Part shown: positions 9,471-19,588 of the stretch, piece after piece
Position numbering within the stretch: position 1 is the stretch's first letter
How the letters are laid out: each line of letters opens with the position of its first letter
Virus record (IMG/VR): IMGVR_UViG_2711768086_000002
Length of the DNA stretch: 64,000 bases
From: an uncultured virus (IMG/VR IMGVR_UViG_2711768086_000002)
Lineage: Duplodnaviria; Heunggongvirae; Uroviricota; Caudoviricetes
Strand: one strand, 5' to 3'
Position numbers and translations under genes: made by a program
The notes under the pieces: generated by a model
Databases searched by the model: none
Told to the model about the DNA's origin: nothing
The model's input: the letters and a program-made list of their open reading frames with translations, nothing else

Positions 9471-10601
9471 TCACTCGCGGTACGGCACGACGCGGATGGT
9501 CCTCGCAGATGACCTGCCGGTGTCGCGCATCGGCACGGGCAGGCCGGCGGCCTTGAGGATCTTCACCATCTTGGCCAGGTCCTCGGTCTGCGGGACCTTT
9601 AGACCGGCGTCGTCGAAGAGCTCGATCATCTTCGTCACGTCGGGTTCCTCTACGGGGTTCTCCCCGCCCCACTTCAGGATGTTCGGCCCGTACTGGCCAG
9701 CCTTGGAAGCGTCGAGCTTCTTGCGCGCGAAGTCCTTGATCCGCTTGGCCTCGGCGAAGGGCTTGTGGGCTTCGACGTAGTCGATCAGCGCCTGTTCCAC
9801 GTCCTTGTCGTCATGGATCAGGGTTGTCTGTGCGGGGCGGCCCGGCGCCGGTATGCCCCAGCAGGCCGTGGCGAAGGGGCAGAAGTCGCAGGCGGCGTCC
9901 AGGCCGGGCCCCAGGAAGTCGCGGCGGCCTTCCTCCGGCCTCTTGGTCTCAGCAACGCGGGTGAGCCACCAGCGGGCTTCCTCGGCGCGCTGCGGGTCGA
10001 ACGGGATCTCGTGGACGTACTCGTCGCCGTTGTCCCTGCACACGTAGCGAAGCCTGATCTGCTCAACGGCGACCGGTCCGAGGCGGGCCAGAACGCGCTG
10101 CCCTGTGCGGTCTTCGAAGCCATCCGTGCGCAGCAGATCGGCGTACAGGTGGACTTGCCGCAACTCGGCTTCCGTCGGGCCGTAGCGCAGAACGTCGTCC
10201 CACTTCCAGACGGTCTTGGTCTTGATGTCCTCGACGGTGACGACGTCGGCGGCCACCTTGGGGCGTAGCCGGGCGGGCAGGCGCTTGGCGGTGGCAGCGT
10301 CGAGTTGGACGATGTCGATGCTTCCCCGGATGGCGGGGTCGGCGACCTTGCGCTCGATGAGCCAGCCGAACTCGTCCTTCGCGGCCCTGGTCAGACCCTC
10401 GTGGGCCATAGTGCCGAGCGCGGCGGCGCGGCTGAACACGTGGTCGGTCTTGGGATGCCCGTGGAGGATGTAGGCGGCGCGGCGCTCGCACACGGTGTCG
10501 CTCGCACCGAGCTGGACTTGCAGGGAGCGGGGCCGGCGGCCGTTCGCTGCTTCGACGGCCGCCCAGATGGACGGCGAGCTGGGCATGGCTGAGATGGACA
10601 T
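9471..10601 (-). CDS. PD-(D/E)XK / Cas4-RecB-like exonuclease
   Basis: ASDTVCERR, GSID, EDIKT, QVHLY, CDFCPFATAC. Confidence 0.8.
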   Translation of the reverse strand: MSISAMPSSPSIWAAVEAANGRRPRSLQVQLGASDTVCERRAAYILHGHPKTDHVFSRAAALGTMAHEGLTRAAKDEFGWLIERKVADPAIRGSIDIVQLDAATAKRLPARLRPKVAADVVTVEDIKTKTVWKWDDVLRYGPTEAELRQVHLYADLLRTDGFEDRTGQRVLARLGPVAVEQIRLRYVCRDNGDEYVHEIPFDPQRAEEARWWLTRVAETKRPEEGRRDFLGPGLDAACDFCPFATACWGIPAPGRPAQTTLIHDDKDVEQALIDYVEAHKPFAEAKRIKDFARKKLDASKAGQYGPNILKWGGENPVEEPDVTKMIELFDDAGLKVPQTEDLAKMVKILKAAGLPVPMRDTGRSSARTIRVVPYRE

Positions 10602-10663
10602 GGGTCTCTTCTCCAAGAGGTCATGAGGGCCGGGCCGCCCGAGAGGGACGGCCCGGCGGGGCG

Positions 10664-11785
10664 TCAGCTGTCGGCGGGAGGTTCGTCACCCGCGAACTCG
10701 GCGTCGGCATCCTGTTTGGCCGCTACAGCAGCTCGTAGCTTCTTCGCGTCGTCTTCCAGCTTCTCGGCGGCCTCGCGCAGCTTGTCGGCGTCGCTCTGCG
10801 GCTCGTCCTCCATGCCGCGCTTCGGCTCGGCGAGCTTCGCAACGCGTCGCCTGATCGCCATCGCGACGATGTCGCCTTCCTGTTCGCTGAGCCCGGACTG
10901 CTGGGGGTGGGCAGAGTCCCAGAGCTGCTTGAGGGTGGCCTTGTCGGTTGCTGCTTCGATGCGGGCCAGCCACGGCTTGGTCCGGTCGGCGGCCAGCTCA
11001 GGCATGACGCGCGGCTGGGAGTCGACCGAGCAGCCCATCCGGTTGAAGACCAGGTCTTCGATGGTGAAGTCCGGGATCTGGAGCGGCCTTCGGTCGGGAA
11101 CCGCCATCCGCAGCGAGCGGACCTTGACGACTTCCGGCTCCTGGCCACGGCGCATCCGGACCCACACTGAGCAGTCGAAGCCGAGGTCCTTGTGCCCTAC
11201 GACCTTCCACTCCCGCCGGCCGGTGATCGGGTTGCCGTTCTCGTCGACGCTGCTGACCTCCTTGCCACGGGCGAGGACGAGGACGATTCCGGGGAAGGTC
11301 CGCAGGTAGTGCATGACGTCCGACCACCGGTCCACGGCGTCGTTCCAGAGGTTCATGGCGATGTCGACGGCGGCGTCCGGGTCCTGGGCAAGGACCTTGG
11401 AGTTCTTCTTGGTCCGTCGGGCGCGCTCCTGAGTCCAGGTGGTCAGCATCCGCCACAGGGCGCTGACTGAGTCGATGGTCAGTACCACCGGTGGCTTCCC
11501 CGCGCGTGCCGCCTCGCGGGCCTCGAAGTAGACGGCTTCGACCTGCTCGCGGATGTCCCGGTAGGTGCCGTCATGCTCGATGATCAGGTAACGGGCGCCT
11601 GGGATGGCGGCATACTCGTCGGCCGACCCCTCGGCAAGGTCGATCCAGTACATCTGCCCGATCTGCTCTGATGCACTGAACTGCGCCGCGGCGTAGGTCT
11701 TTCCGGCGCCTTCCTCGCCTTCGATGAGGACGAGGGGGAAGGGCACGACGCCGGTGGGCTTCCGGCTTTTGATCTTGGGTGGCAC
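10664..11785 (-). CDS. AAA ATPase, Sak4-like phage recombinase
   Basis: Walker A GEEGAGKT, Walker B LTIDS; adjacent to the exonuclease. Confidence 0.75.
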   Translation of the reverse strand: MPPKIKSRKPTGVVPFPLVLIEGEEGAGKTYAAAQFSASEQIGQMYWIDLAEGSADEYAAIPGARYLIIEHDGTYRDIREQVEAVYFEAREAARAGKPPVVLTIDSVSALWRMLTTWTQERARRTKKNSKVLAQDPDAAVDIAMNLWNDAVDRWSDVMHYLRTFPGIVLVLARGKEVSSVDENGNPITGRREWKVVGHKDLGFDCSVWVRMRRGQEPEVVKVRSLRMAVPDRRPLQIPDFTIEDLVFNRMGCSVDSQPRVMPELAADRTKPWLARIEAATDKATLKQLWDSAHPQQSGLSEQEGDIVAMAIRRRVAKLAEPKRGMEDEPQSDADKLREAAEKLEDDAKKLRAAVAAKQDADAEFAGDEPPADS

Positions 11786-11816
11786 GGTTCTCTCTCCAAG
11801 AGGTCGTGTCGGTGGG

Positions 11817-12167
11817 TCAGGCCGCGCGCAGGGCGCGAACCTCGAACAGCGGTTCCCACTCCGGATGGCGCTCAAGGAGCAGCCGAACGTAGCGGGAGCG
11901 CCAGTTGTTGTTGAGGCGGAACTCGTCGCCCCTGGTGGCCTGGCCGTAGCGGAAGCGCAGGAGCTCGAAGAGCATTCCGATGCCGATGCGCTTCCAGCCG
12001 CTGCTGACGCACTCGGCGGTGCGACGCTCCAACTCGCGCAGAACCCAGGGGTTCAGCTCGTGGAATGCCTCGAAGCGGGCCTGGATGGACGTGTTCGGCT
12101 CGTGGTCGGGGAAGACCAGTTGCTCGATGTCTTCCAGGCCGGGAAGGCGCGGCTGGGCGCTGGGCAT
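11817..12167 (-). CDS. Conserved hypothetical phage protein
   Basis: FEAFHELNP...LFELLRF...LNNNWRSRYVR pattern. Confidence 0.65.
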   Translation of the reverse strand: MPSAQPRLPGLEDIEQLVFPDHEPNTSIQARFEAFHELNPWVLRELERRTAECVSSGWKRIGIGMLFELLRFRYGQATRGDEFRLNNNWRSRYVRLLLERHPEWEPLFEVRALRAA

Positions 12168-12242
12168 GACGAATCCCCCCTCAGAAGGTATGCAACCTTA
12201 CGTTAAGTTGCCACCTATCTTTGACTCAAAGGGTGGGATTGA

Positions 12243-12500
12243 TCAAGGCGCTTCGGCTCCAGCGCCACGGCGGCGGGCCGCGTCGGGGCAGTCTGCGGGG
12301 TGATGGTCGGCACCGCAGCCGCACGGCTGGACGGGGATGCGGTGTTCCACCCCGCGCAGTTCACCAAGGAGGGCGGAGGCGCGACGGCGCAGCCCCTCGC
12401 CCTCCCGGACGTGAGTGTCGAGCGCGTCGATGACGACGCGCAGGTCCCTTCCCCTGATGGTCGCGACCGGCCCCATGGCCGGCCTGACATTGATGCGCAT
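12243..12500 (-). CDS. Small hypothetical protein
   Basis: GGAGG RBS before MRINVRP; promoter motif upstream. Confidence 0.6.
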   Translation of the reverse strand: MRINVRPAMGPVATIRGRDLRVVIDALDTHVREGEGLRRRASALLGELRGVEHRIPVQPCGCGADHHPADCPDAARRRGAGAEAP

Positions 12501-12531
12501 GACTGCCTCCTCCGGCGGGACCTTCCCGCCG

Positions 12532-12553
12532 TATGGCTTAATTCTATACGCAT
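12532..12553 (-). promoter_or_regulatory. Conserved phage promoter/operator motif, copy 3
   Basis: ATGCGTATAGAATTAAGCCATA; TGGACA-17nt-TAGAAT. Confidence 0.75.
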
Positions 12554-12573
12554 TTAGTGGTGGTGTCCAACGC

Positions 12574-13200
12574 CTAGTCGGTCGGAGCAGCCTTCTTCGC
12601 GGCCCGGCCGCGCGGCAGGATCTTCGATCCAGGGCCGTCGTACGAACCCACGCGCAAGGCATCCACAACCGCGTCGTCGGGCGTCCAGATCCGGGCCACG
12701 GCCCGGTGCCGCACCCGCTCGGCTTCGGCCGGAGCCCACGGCCGGGCGGTCGGGTCCTTCGCGACGAGGGCGGCCGCTTCCAGGACGGTGTCGAGCAGCC
12801 ACAGGTGGGAGCCGGACAGGCTCCAGTCACCTGCGGGCCACGCGCCGCGCTTCTGCGCCTGCTCGACCAGCGTTCCGTGTTCCAGGCCGAAGATCTGCAT
12901 GACCTCCTGCTGGCCGACGATCACCGGAAGCTCGGCTACGTCGGTGACCCAGGCCGCCGGCTGCTGCGCTTCCACGATCGCCTGGAGAGCGGACGCGTCG
13001 ACAGCCTTCGATCGGGTCGTCATTTCGCCGAACCTGCGCACGAAGTCGAGCAGCCAGTACGGCGAGCCCGAGATCACGCGGGCGTGGGAGTAGTCCAGGT
13101 TCCCGCGGGTCACCCACTCCGAGACCCGGGCCGCCGTCACACCGTAGACAGCTCCGAACTCGCTCTTCCCTGCCAGCAGAGGCTTCTTCACGCCGCACAC
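12574..13200 (-). CDS. Putative DNA-binding regulator with two tandem HTH-like repeats
   Basis: LAGKSEFGAVYGV...SGSPYWLLD repeated as IVGQQEVMQIFGL...SGSHLWLLD. Confidence 0.6.
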   Translation of the reverse strand: MCGVKKPLLAGKSEFGAVYGVTAARVSEWVTRGNLDYSHARVISGSPYWLLDFVRRFGEMTTRSKAVDASALQAIVEAQQPAAWVTDVAELPVIVGQQEVMQIFGLEHGTLVEQAQKRGAWPAGDWSLSGSHLWLLDTVLEAAALVAKDPTARPWAPAEAERVRHRAVARIWTPDDAVVDALRVGSYDGPGSKILPRGRAAKKAAPTD

Positions 13201-13225
13201 CGTCCCATCGTCATCACAACAAGGC

Positions 13226-13247
13226 TATGACTTGATTCTATGCGCAT
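13226..13247 (-). promoter_or_regulatory. Conserved phage promoter/operator motif, copy 4
   Basis: ATGCGCATAGAATCAAGTCATA. Confidence 0.65.
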
Positions 13248-13303
13248 AGGATGCTAACGCGGGTGGGCACGCGGGCTGATAGCCTGAAGTCCTCCAAGAG
13301 GTC

Positions 13304-13330
13304 AGGCCCCCACTCCATGAGTGGGGGCCT
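13304..13330 (-). terminator. Terminator-like hairpin at the end of the late/lysis operon
   Basis: Perfect 12-bp stem AGGCCCCCACTC-CAT-GAGTGGGGGCCT. Confidence 0.6.
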
Positions 13331-13480
13331 CACCCTTTCCCAGCGGCAGCTACATGCTTACGACCCCTTTCGGCGCGCCCTCACGAACGAGGGCCGGTTA
13401 CTCGTGGGCGATGCAGCTGCCTTCTGCCTGATCCGGTCCGGGCTCGCGCCTACCAGCGCGCACGGACGGAGGGCAGGGGT

Positions 13481-13732
13481 TCAGAGGGGCAACGGTGCCT
13501 TCGCTGCCGGGTAGTGCGGAGGGCGGGCGTAGCCGAGCAGCCAGCCGAACTTGGGGCTCAGGTGCTCCTCGGCGAGGCGGAACAGCGCGTAGTAGACGAA
13601 GCCGACCGCCGGGATCAGGACGCCGGACAGCGCGGAGGGGTCCAGGTCGAGACCGTGGCCGGCCGCCAGGGTGACCAGCCATCCCACCAGCGCGGGGACT
13701 CCGGTCCTCAGTAGGGATACGTACACGTTCAT
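13481..13732 (-). CDS. Holin
   Basis: 83 aa, hydrophobic helices, SLLRT.VP...YYALFR...GWLLG; next to the endolysin. Confidence 0.75.
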   Translation of the reverse strand: MNVYVSLLRTGVPALVGWLVTLAAGHGLDLDPSALSGVLIPAVGFVYYALFRLAEEHLSPKFGWLLGYARPPHYPAAKAPLPL

Positions 13733-13784
13733 GCGGGGGATCTCCTTCTTGATGGTTACGGTCAAGGTCGATCGCGTCGGCCGC

Positions 13785-14558
13785 TCAGGTGACGGGCGCG
13801 CTCCAGGTCGCCCGCCAGGTGAGGGGCCCGACCACGCCGTCCCCCTCCAAGCCCTTCTCACGCTGGAACTGGGCGCACACGGAAGCCGACTTGGGGCCGT
13901 ACCCGCCATCGACCGCGATGCTCCAGCCGCGGTCGGCCATCTTCTGCTGCCACGTGCGGGCGTTGCCGCTTGCAGTGAAGTTCCGCAGGTACTCCCCCGG
14001 CCACGGCGGACCATCGGTCGCCGGCGGCTGGGCCGGGGCGGTGCCTCCGCCGCCGCCGGGGCGGGGCGCACCCTGCCGGACCCAGGCGAGAAGCGGGCCA
14101 CCAGGGCACTCGGTGGCGTAGCCGTCGCAGTGGCCCAGGATCTCGGGCCCGGCGCCGTTGCGCTGGAGCAGGTCGATGCCGTCCCGGATCGCGCCGAGCA
14201 GCGCGTCGGTCGGATCGGTCAGCCCCTCGGAACCGACCAGGCCGCAGATCGCGTAGTGCCCCCGGTTCAGCGGCTGGTTGCCGTTGGCCGCCGTCCGCTT
14301 GCCGATGCCTCGGCCCTCGAACAGGTAGCCGTGTACGCACGCCAGGTACGAGTACGCGATGTCGGTGTAGCCCTCCTGCTTGTTGGCCAGGTGGCTCGCC
14401 CGGATGGCCTTGACCTCCTGCACACACAGGGCGTGGTCACCGGCCAGCGAGGGGCTGACGAACGTCCCCTCGTAGTGCACCTTGACGCCCTTGGTCGTGG
14501 GCTGGTCCGGTGCGGCAGACTCCGGCCAGCCAAGCTGGGCCCGGGTCACGAGCTGCAT
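13785..14558 (-). CDS. Endolysin (N-acetylmuramoyl-L-alanine amidase plus peptidoglycan-binding domain)
   Basis: VHY...YTDIAY...EGRG...GH.D..ATECPG; C-terminal DG.YGPK...FQREKGL..DGVVGPLTW. Confidence 0.9.
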   Translation of the reverse strand: MQLVTRAQLGWPESAAPDQPTTKGVKVHYEGTFVSPSLAGDHALCVQEVKAIRASHLANKQEGYTDIAYSYLACVHGYLFEGRGIGKRTAANGNQPLNRGHYAICGLVGSEGLTDPTDALLGAIRDGIDLLQRNGAGPEILGHCDGYATECPGGPLLAWVRQGAPRPGGGGGTAPAQPPATDGPPWPGEYLRNFTASGNARTWQQKMADRGWSIAVDGGYGPKSASVCAQFQREKGLEGDGVVGPLTWRATWSAPVT

Positions 14559-14620
14559 AGCGCGTCCTACATCTCCCCCGCGCCTATGCCTGTTTACAAC
14601 TGCACTACGTGTCGGGCCGT

Positions 14621-14980
14621 TTAGGGCCCTGCGCCTCTCGCCAGCAGCCACAGCTGGAGGGCTGCGACCACCAGGGGCGCGATGAAGGCGCCGATCAGCC
14701 ACCTCCGGCCGGCAATCGCCTTCGTCTCGGCGTCTTCGCGGGCCCGCCGTTCGGCGGCGAGGTCGCGTTCGACAACGTCTACTCGCTGCGCCATGAGGCG
14801 CTGATCGGAGGTGTAGACGTCCTTGGTGACGACCTGCTCGAACCGGGCTGCTAGCGACTGGAGATCGCTGCGCAGATCATCGCGGAGCCCGGCGATGCCA
14901 TCTCTCTGATCCTCGCGGAGCTGGGACAGAGCGCGCTGGAGCTCCCACAGTGTGGGCTCGGCGGTCGGCGGGACGCTCAA
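14621..14980 (-). CDS. Membrane-anchored coiled-coil lysis-cassette protein
   Basis: Coiled coil with C-terminal transmembrane segment; upstream of the endolysin. Confidence 0.6.
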   Translation of the reverse strand: MSVPPTAEPTLWELQRALSQLREDQRDGIAGLRDDLRSDLQSLAARFEQVVTKDVYTSDQRLMAQRVDVVERDLAAERRAREDAETKAIAGRRWLIGAFIAPLVVAALQLWLLARGAGP

Positions 14981-15043
14981 GGCATGCTCCTGGTAGGCGT
15001 CCCCGCGCCACTGATCATCCTACGGCCCCCGCGCCGTAGGTCA

Positions 15044-17563
15044 TCAGTCGGTGAACCACCGGATGCTGCCGAACGACAGCCAGCCGCCGATCGGCCCGGT
15101 GGCGTTGGTCAGCACTACCTCACCGGACGGGTAGACGAAGACGTTGGCGTTGACGTTGTTGTTGGTTGCGCCCGGGAACACCTCGCCGGTCTTGGGCCGG
15201 TAGGCGGCCTCGCCGATGGTGCACACAGTGCCGGAGGTCATGCCAGCGGGCACCGCGACGATGCCCCGAAGCACGACCGACCCGTCGACGAGCCGCCGGT
15301 ACTGGACGAACTGCCAGCCCGACAGCTGCGAGCAGCCGTTCGTGAATGTGACGCTGCGCCAGCGTGGATTGTCGCTGGTGACGATCGGGATGTCGGTGAC
15401 GATCTGGCTCTGCGAGATCGTCAGCTTCTTGTTGAGGACGAGGTCGGCCCACTGGTCCTTGTTGCAGGCGATGATCTCGTTGTTGCCGATCCGGATGTGG
15501 TCGTAGTCCCCGTTGCCCGCGTACACGTTGGCATTGGGGAGGTCTGGCCGCATCGGGCCGCTTGTTCCCGTGGCGTACACGGAGTTGGTGCTGACCGAGT
15601 AGCGGACGTCCAGCTGCCCGTTGACGCTGGTGCTGCCGGCGTCGATGTCCACGCGGGCCTGGCCGGGTGTTGACCACAGCGTGATGCCGGCCTGGGGCCA
15701 CCAGACCACCGACCGCGGGGCCATCACTCCGGTCTTGGGAGGGTCGGTGAGCTTCGCGGACTGCAGGGTCAGGACGCTGGTGTTCTGGCTCGGATCGTAG
15801 ACGCTGGAGATCGTCGCCGGGCTCGTCTCCTGTGTGGAGCCGGAGTAGAGCCTCACCATGCCGGTGGGCGAGCCGTTCTGGACTACTGATGTGGCCTCGA
15901 CCCGGTTGCCGGTGGCTGCTGTTCGCAGAGTCGCACCGTCGATCTGGACACCGGTGATGAGCGTGCCGGTGATGGTGCCGCCGGTGATGGTCTTCCCGGT
16001 GATTGCGTCTGCGGACAGCTTCGACGCGGTGACCGTGCCGTCGGCGATCTGGACCTGGGAGAGCACCGGTCGGGCCTCGCAGTTGTCGAACAGGATGGTG
16101 CCTGCCGTGGCCTGGAAGGACTCGATGGTCAGGCGTGCCGTGGTGGTGTTCGGCGGGGCGGTCACCGTGGCCGATGCGGTCTGCCAGGTCGCTGCGGGCT
16201 GGGGGGAGGTTGCCAGGGCTGTTCCGTAGCCGAGCACTGCTCCGGTGGCGTCCACCCACCGCGCGTAGAGCTTGACGGACTGGCCCTTCCAGTCCGCTGA
16301 CACCTGGTAGTCGAAGCGGAGGAAGATCTGATCGCCGGCACGCGCAGGAACGGTCGCGAGGACCGCGCTCTTGGTCGATGCCGTTGCAGCGGTTGCGTCG
16401 ACCTTGGCGCTCTTGGCCGAGCCGTTGCCGGTGGAGGCGATGGACCAGGGTGCCCCGGCGGCTGCGAGCAGGGCAGCACCGACGGGTCCTTCGAACGAGC
16501 CGTCCGGGATGAAGTTGTTCACCAGGCCGACGGACAGGGCGTCGGTGTTGATCGCTCCTGCCGCGATCTGTGTCGCCGTGATGGTGTTCGCGGCGATCTT
16601 GTCGCCGGTGATCGACAGCGCCTTGATCTCGCGGCCGGTAACCGCGTCGGCGGCGATCTTCCCGGCGACCACAGCGTTAGCCGCGATCTTGGAGCTGGTG
16701 ATGGAGCTCGCGGCGAGCTGCGTGGCGGTGATCGTGCTGGCGGCGATCTGCCCGGCCGTCACGGCCCCTGCGGCAAGGTTGGCGGTCGTGACTGCTCCGG
16801 CGGCCAGCTCGGCAGTGGTGACCGAGCCGGCGGCGATCTCCCTGGCGGTCACCGCGTCGGCGGCGATCGTGCCCGTGGTCACGGCGTCGCTGGCGATCTT
16901 CCCGGCCACGATGGCGGCCTGGCCGACCTTCGTTGCGGTCACGGCCGCGTCGGCGATGGCGGGGCCGTCGATGGCGCCGGTTGCGACCTTGGCGGCCGTC
17001 ACGGCGTCGTCAGCCAGCTGGAGTTCTCCGACGATGCCGGCCAGGACTTCGTCCGCGACGACCTTGGCCGGGACTGCGGTGGCCTCGGGAGAGGGTGCGG
17101 ACGCTTTGCCGGACGTGGAGCGGGCCACGAGTACGACCCAGACGGGTATCGCGGTCGGGACCAGGACCCGGCCGCCGCGGGGTGACTCGATGGTCGCAAC
17201 CAGGGTTCCGGGCCCGGGGGTGAAGCCGCTCGCCCGCCCGGTGTGGATCTCTACCCGGGCGAAGTCGAGTGGGCACACCGCGCCGCCAGCGAAGCCACCG
17301 TCCCACACGACGGCGACGCCGCCGAGGGTCGGCGTGGCGGCGGGCACGGCTGGCACTGGGGGCGGCGGGCCGTTGACGACGTTGATGGCGGTGGTGCCGT
17401 CTGGCTGCTGGCCGATGATCGCGCGCACCGTGCCGTCGGCGGTGACGGTCAGCGCGCCGTCGTCGATGCTCGAGTACGCGAGGCGCGAGGATCGGGATGT
17501 CTCCTGGGTGGTGCGCTCCAGATCAGCGATGCGCTGGGCGAGCTGGTCGATCGGGTCAGGCAC
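15044..17563 (-). CDS. Tail fibre / receptor-binding minor tail protein
   Basis: 10-aa AVTxxKIAAx repeats, carbohydrate-binding-like domain ([10 protein letters not shown]); last tail gene. Confidence 0.75.
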   Translation of the reverse strand: MPDPIDQLAQRIADLERTTQETSRSSRLAYSSIDDGALTVTADGTVRAIIGQQPDGTTAINVVNGPPPPVPAVPAATPTLGGVAVVWDGGFAGGAVCPLDFARVEIHTGRASGFTPGPGTLVATIESPRGGRVLVPTAIPVWVVLVARSTSGKASAPSPEATAVPAKVVADEVLAGIVGELQLADDAVTAAKVATGAIDGPAIADAAVTATKVGQAAIVAGKIASDAVTTGTIAADAVTAREIAAGSVTTAELAAGAVTTANLAAGAVTAGQIAASTITATQLAASSITSSKIAANAVVAGKIAADAVTGREIKALSITGDKIAANTITATQIAAGAINTDALSVGLVNNFIPDGSFEGPVGAALLAAAGAPWSIASTGNGSAKSAKVDATAATASTKSAVLATVPARAGDQIFLRFDYQVSADWKGQSVKLYARWVDATGAVLGYGTALATSPQPAATWQTASATVTAPPNTTTARLTIESFQATAGTILFDNCEARPVLSQVQIADGTVTASKLSADAITGKTITGGTITGTLITGVQIDGATLRTAATGNRVEATSVVQNGSPTGMVRLYSGSTQETSPATISSVYDPSQNTSVLTLQSAKLTDPPKTGVMAPRSVVWWPQAGITLWSTPGQARVDIDAGSTSVNGQLDVRYSVSTNSVYATGTSGPMRPDLPNANVYAGNGDYDHIRIGNNEIIACNKDQWADLVLNKKLTISQSQIVTDIPIVTSDNPRWRSVTFTNGCSQLSGWQFVQYRRLVDGSVVLRGIVAVPAGMTSGTVCTIGEAAYRPKTGEVFPGATNNNVNANVFVYPSGEVVLTNATGPIGGWLSFGSIRWFTD

Positions 17564-17578
17564 AGGGGGTCCTTTCGT

Positions 17579-18649
17579 TCAGGCGCTGTACGGGCGGGCA
17601 AGGCGCAGGGTGGCGGTCTCCTGTCCGCCGTCGGCGGCGGGGTGCAGCGTCCAGGCGGTGATCCGGCACCAGCCGTCCCAGTCGCCCCACTGGTCGTGCA
17701 CGGTGACCCTCACGTCGTCGCCGATCGACCAGCTGCCGACCGGCGCGGCCGGGTGGTCGACGACCGTGATCGCGGTGAGCTCCCCGAGCCGCTGGCGGCG
17801 GGCCCGTTCGGCGCGGACCCGGGCGGCGAGTCGGTCACTGCTCTTCTCGCCGGGAGCGTCCAACACGCTCTCCAGCCGCAGCCGGTTGTTGCGTGCTGCG
17901 TCGGTGGTGCGGACCTTGGCGCTGCCCTCCCCGGCGCCGAGGCCGACGACGACCTGGGCGTACTGGTCGGCGTCGAACAGGACCGGCACGGAGCCGGTGA
18001 CGTTGATGCCGGTGGCGAAGGAGATGTCGCTGCGGCGGGTGCCGAGCCTTGGCCAGCCGACGATGACGCGCCTCTGTGGAGCGCCGTCCACCCAGTCCAC
18101 CGTTTCGGTGAACTCCGGGCCCTGGTCCAGGGCCGTCATGTCCCGCACCACGGCGGCCAGCGCGGGCGCCTCCCACGCCTTGGTGCTGTAGGGCTGCTCC
18201 TTGGTACCGACCGTGAGGCTGCTCGGTCTGCTGTCGACCTGCACTCCGAGGTCGCCGTCCGGCTGCTCCTGGCAGTACGCCCACACGTCCTGGATCACCT
18301 TGGAGGGGTCCGCGCCGATGTATGGGCCGCGCCCCGCGAGATCGCCGTGCAGGTCGCGGCGACGTGCCAGGTAGGAGCTGAACCCGCTGGCCTCGATCGG
18401 GTACTTCCCCTCGACAGGTTCGGCCCGCCACACGAGGCCGCCCCACAGCAGCCGCTGGTCGCGCTCGGCGTACAGCAAGGCGTTGCCGGCGTCTGGAGGC
18501 ACCAGCTGCGCGAGGTGGGGCTCCAGCACGGCGCGCAGGCTTCCGGGGCCGTTGAGTTCCGGGCCGAACTCCACGTCTGACAGCGGCAGGTCCCACGAGA
18601 GGATCTCGCCGGTCAGGGCGTGCTGGGAGATGTAGCGGTAGGCGGGCAT
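17579..18649 (-). CDS. Minor tail protein
   Basis: Position after Dit; WDLPL...LNGPG...WGGLVW pattern. Confidence 0.75.
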   Translation of the reverse strand: MPAYRYISQHALTGEILSWDLPLSDVEFGPELNGPGSLRAVLEPHLAQLVPPDAGNALLYAERDQRLLWGGLVWRAEPVEGKYPIEASGFSSYLARRRDLHGDLAGRGPYIGADPSKVIQDVWAYCQEQPDGDLGVQVDSRPSSLTVGTKEQPYSTKAWEAPALAAVVRDMTALDQGPEFTETVDWVDGAPQRRVIVGWPRLGTRRSDISFATGINVTGSVPVLFDADQYAQVVVGLGAGEGSAKVRTTDAARNNRLRLESVLDAPGEKSSDRLAARVRAERARRQRLGELTAITVVDHPAAPVGSWSIGDDVRVTVHDQWGDWDGWCRITAWTLHPAADGGQETATLRLARPYSA

Positions 18650-19578
18650 CAGATCACGCCTTCGATGAACTCGACATCGAAGATCAGGGCCGTGCTTCCG
18701 CTGACGTCACCGCCGCCGTTCGCGTTGTTGTACCGGCCGGCCTGGAGGCGCAGTTCCTGGGTTCGGCCTCGGAAGTACGGCGCGAGGGCCGGGGAGTCGC
18801 TGGCCATGACGGAGTTCCGCGACACGTAGGTGATCGTGTCGGTGTCGACCTGGTACTCGGTGCCGATCCAGTCTCCCCACTTCATCCGGACGCCGAAGTA
18901 GGTCTCGCCCCAGACGCGGATGCCGGTGAGCGTGGCGGTCACGTTCGAGGCTGTGGCCCATGCCGGTACGTCGGTGAAGACTCGGCCGTTGGGCGGCCAG
19001 TCGTCCTGCCATACTCCGGACTGGCTGGGCAGCTGGGAGTACGGGAACCCGTTGATGGTCTGGAGCTGCCTCTGGCGCCGGGGGTTGGCGATACTCCGCA
19101 GGTCGGTGATCAGTGCGTCCGTGACCGTGGCGCAGTTCGGGGGAAGGTCGATCCGGGCGAGCGGGATCCCGGTCATCCCGGGCGGCGGAGCGGTGGTGTT
19201 CGCGGGCACGTTCGGGATGACGTGGAAGTAGCCGATGTCCTGGGTTGCGGGGTTGCGGGTGCCCTCGTACTCCGGGTCTTCGACTCGCAGCAGGACAAGG
19301 TCGCTACGGCGGGTGCCGCCGGTGGGAGCGATCGGCACGAGGGCGTCGCCCACGTTGTACTGGGTGTAGGAGCCCTGCCCCCAGGTCGCGCCGCGTACGA
19401 TCGCCGAGCCGTCGCCGACCCGGACCGCGGCGCCCGGGGTGGCGGTCGAGCGGACCTTGAGGTCTTCCCCTTCGGTCACGCCCTGACTGCCGCGTGCGAG
19501 GTCGCGCACCATCATGCGGAAGGCTCGGGCGGGGTGGGTGCCGCCGTTGACCATCATGGGCGGCTGAATGAGCGTCAT
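18649..19578 (-). CDS. Minor tail protein
   Basis: Position; RSDLVLLRV.DPEY pattern. Confidence 0.7.
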   Translation of the reverse strand: MTLIQPPMMVNGGTHPARAFRMMVRDLARGSQGVTEGEDLKVRSTATPGAAVRVGDGSAIVRGATWGQGSYTQYNVGDALVPIAPTGGTRRSDLVLLRVEDPEYEGTRNPATQDIGYFHVIPNVPANTTAPPPGMTGIPLARIDLPPNCATVTDALITDLRSIANPRRQRQLQTINGFPYSQLPSQSGVWQDDWPPNGRVFTDVPAWATASNVTATLTGIRVWGETYFGVRMKWGDWIGTEYQVDTDTITYVSRNSVMASDSPALAPYFRGRTQELRLQAGRYNNANGGGDVSGSTALIFDVEFIEGVI

Positions 19579-19588
19579 GCTGAAGTCC

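Noticed and set aside
9471..10601. CRISPR-Cas (Cas4-like gene)
   Set aside because: No repeat-spacer array or other cas genes seen; the context is phage recombination
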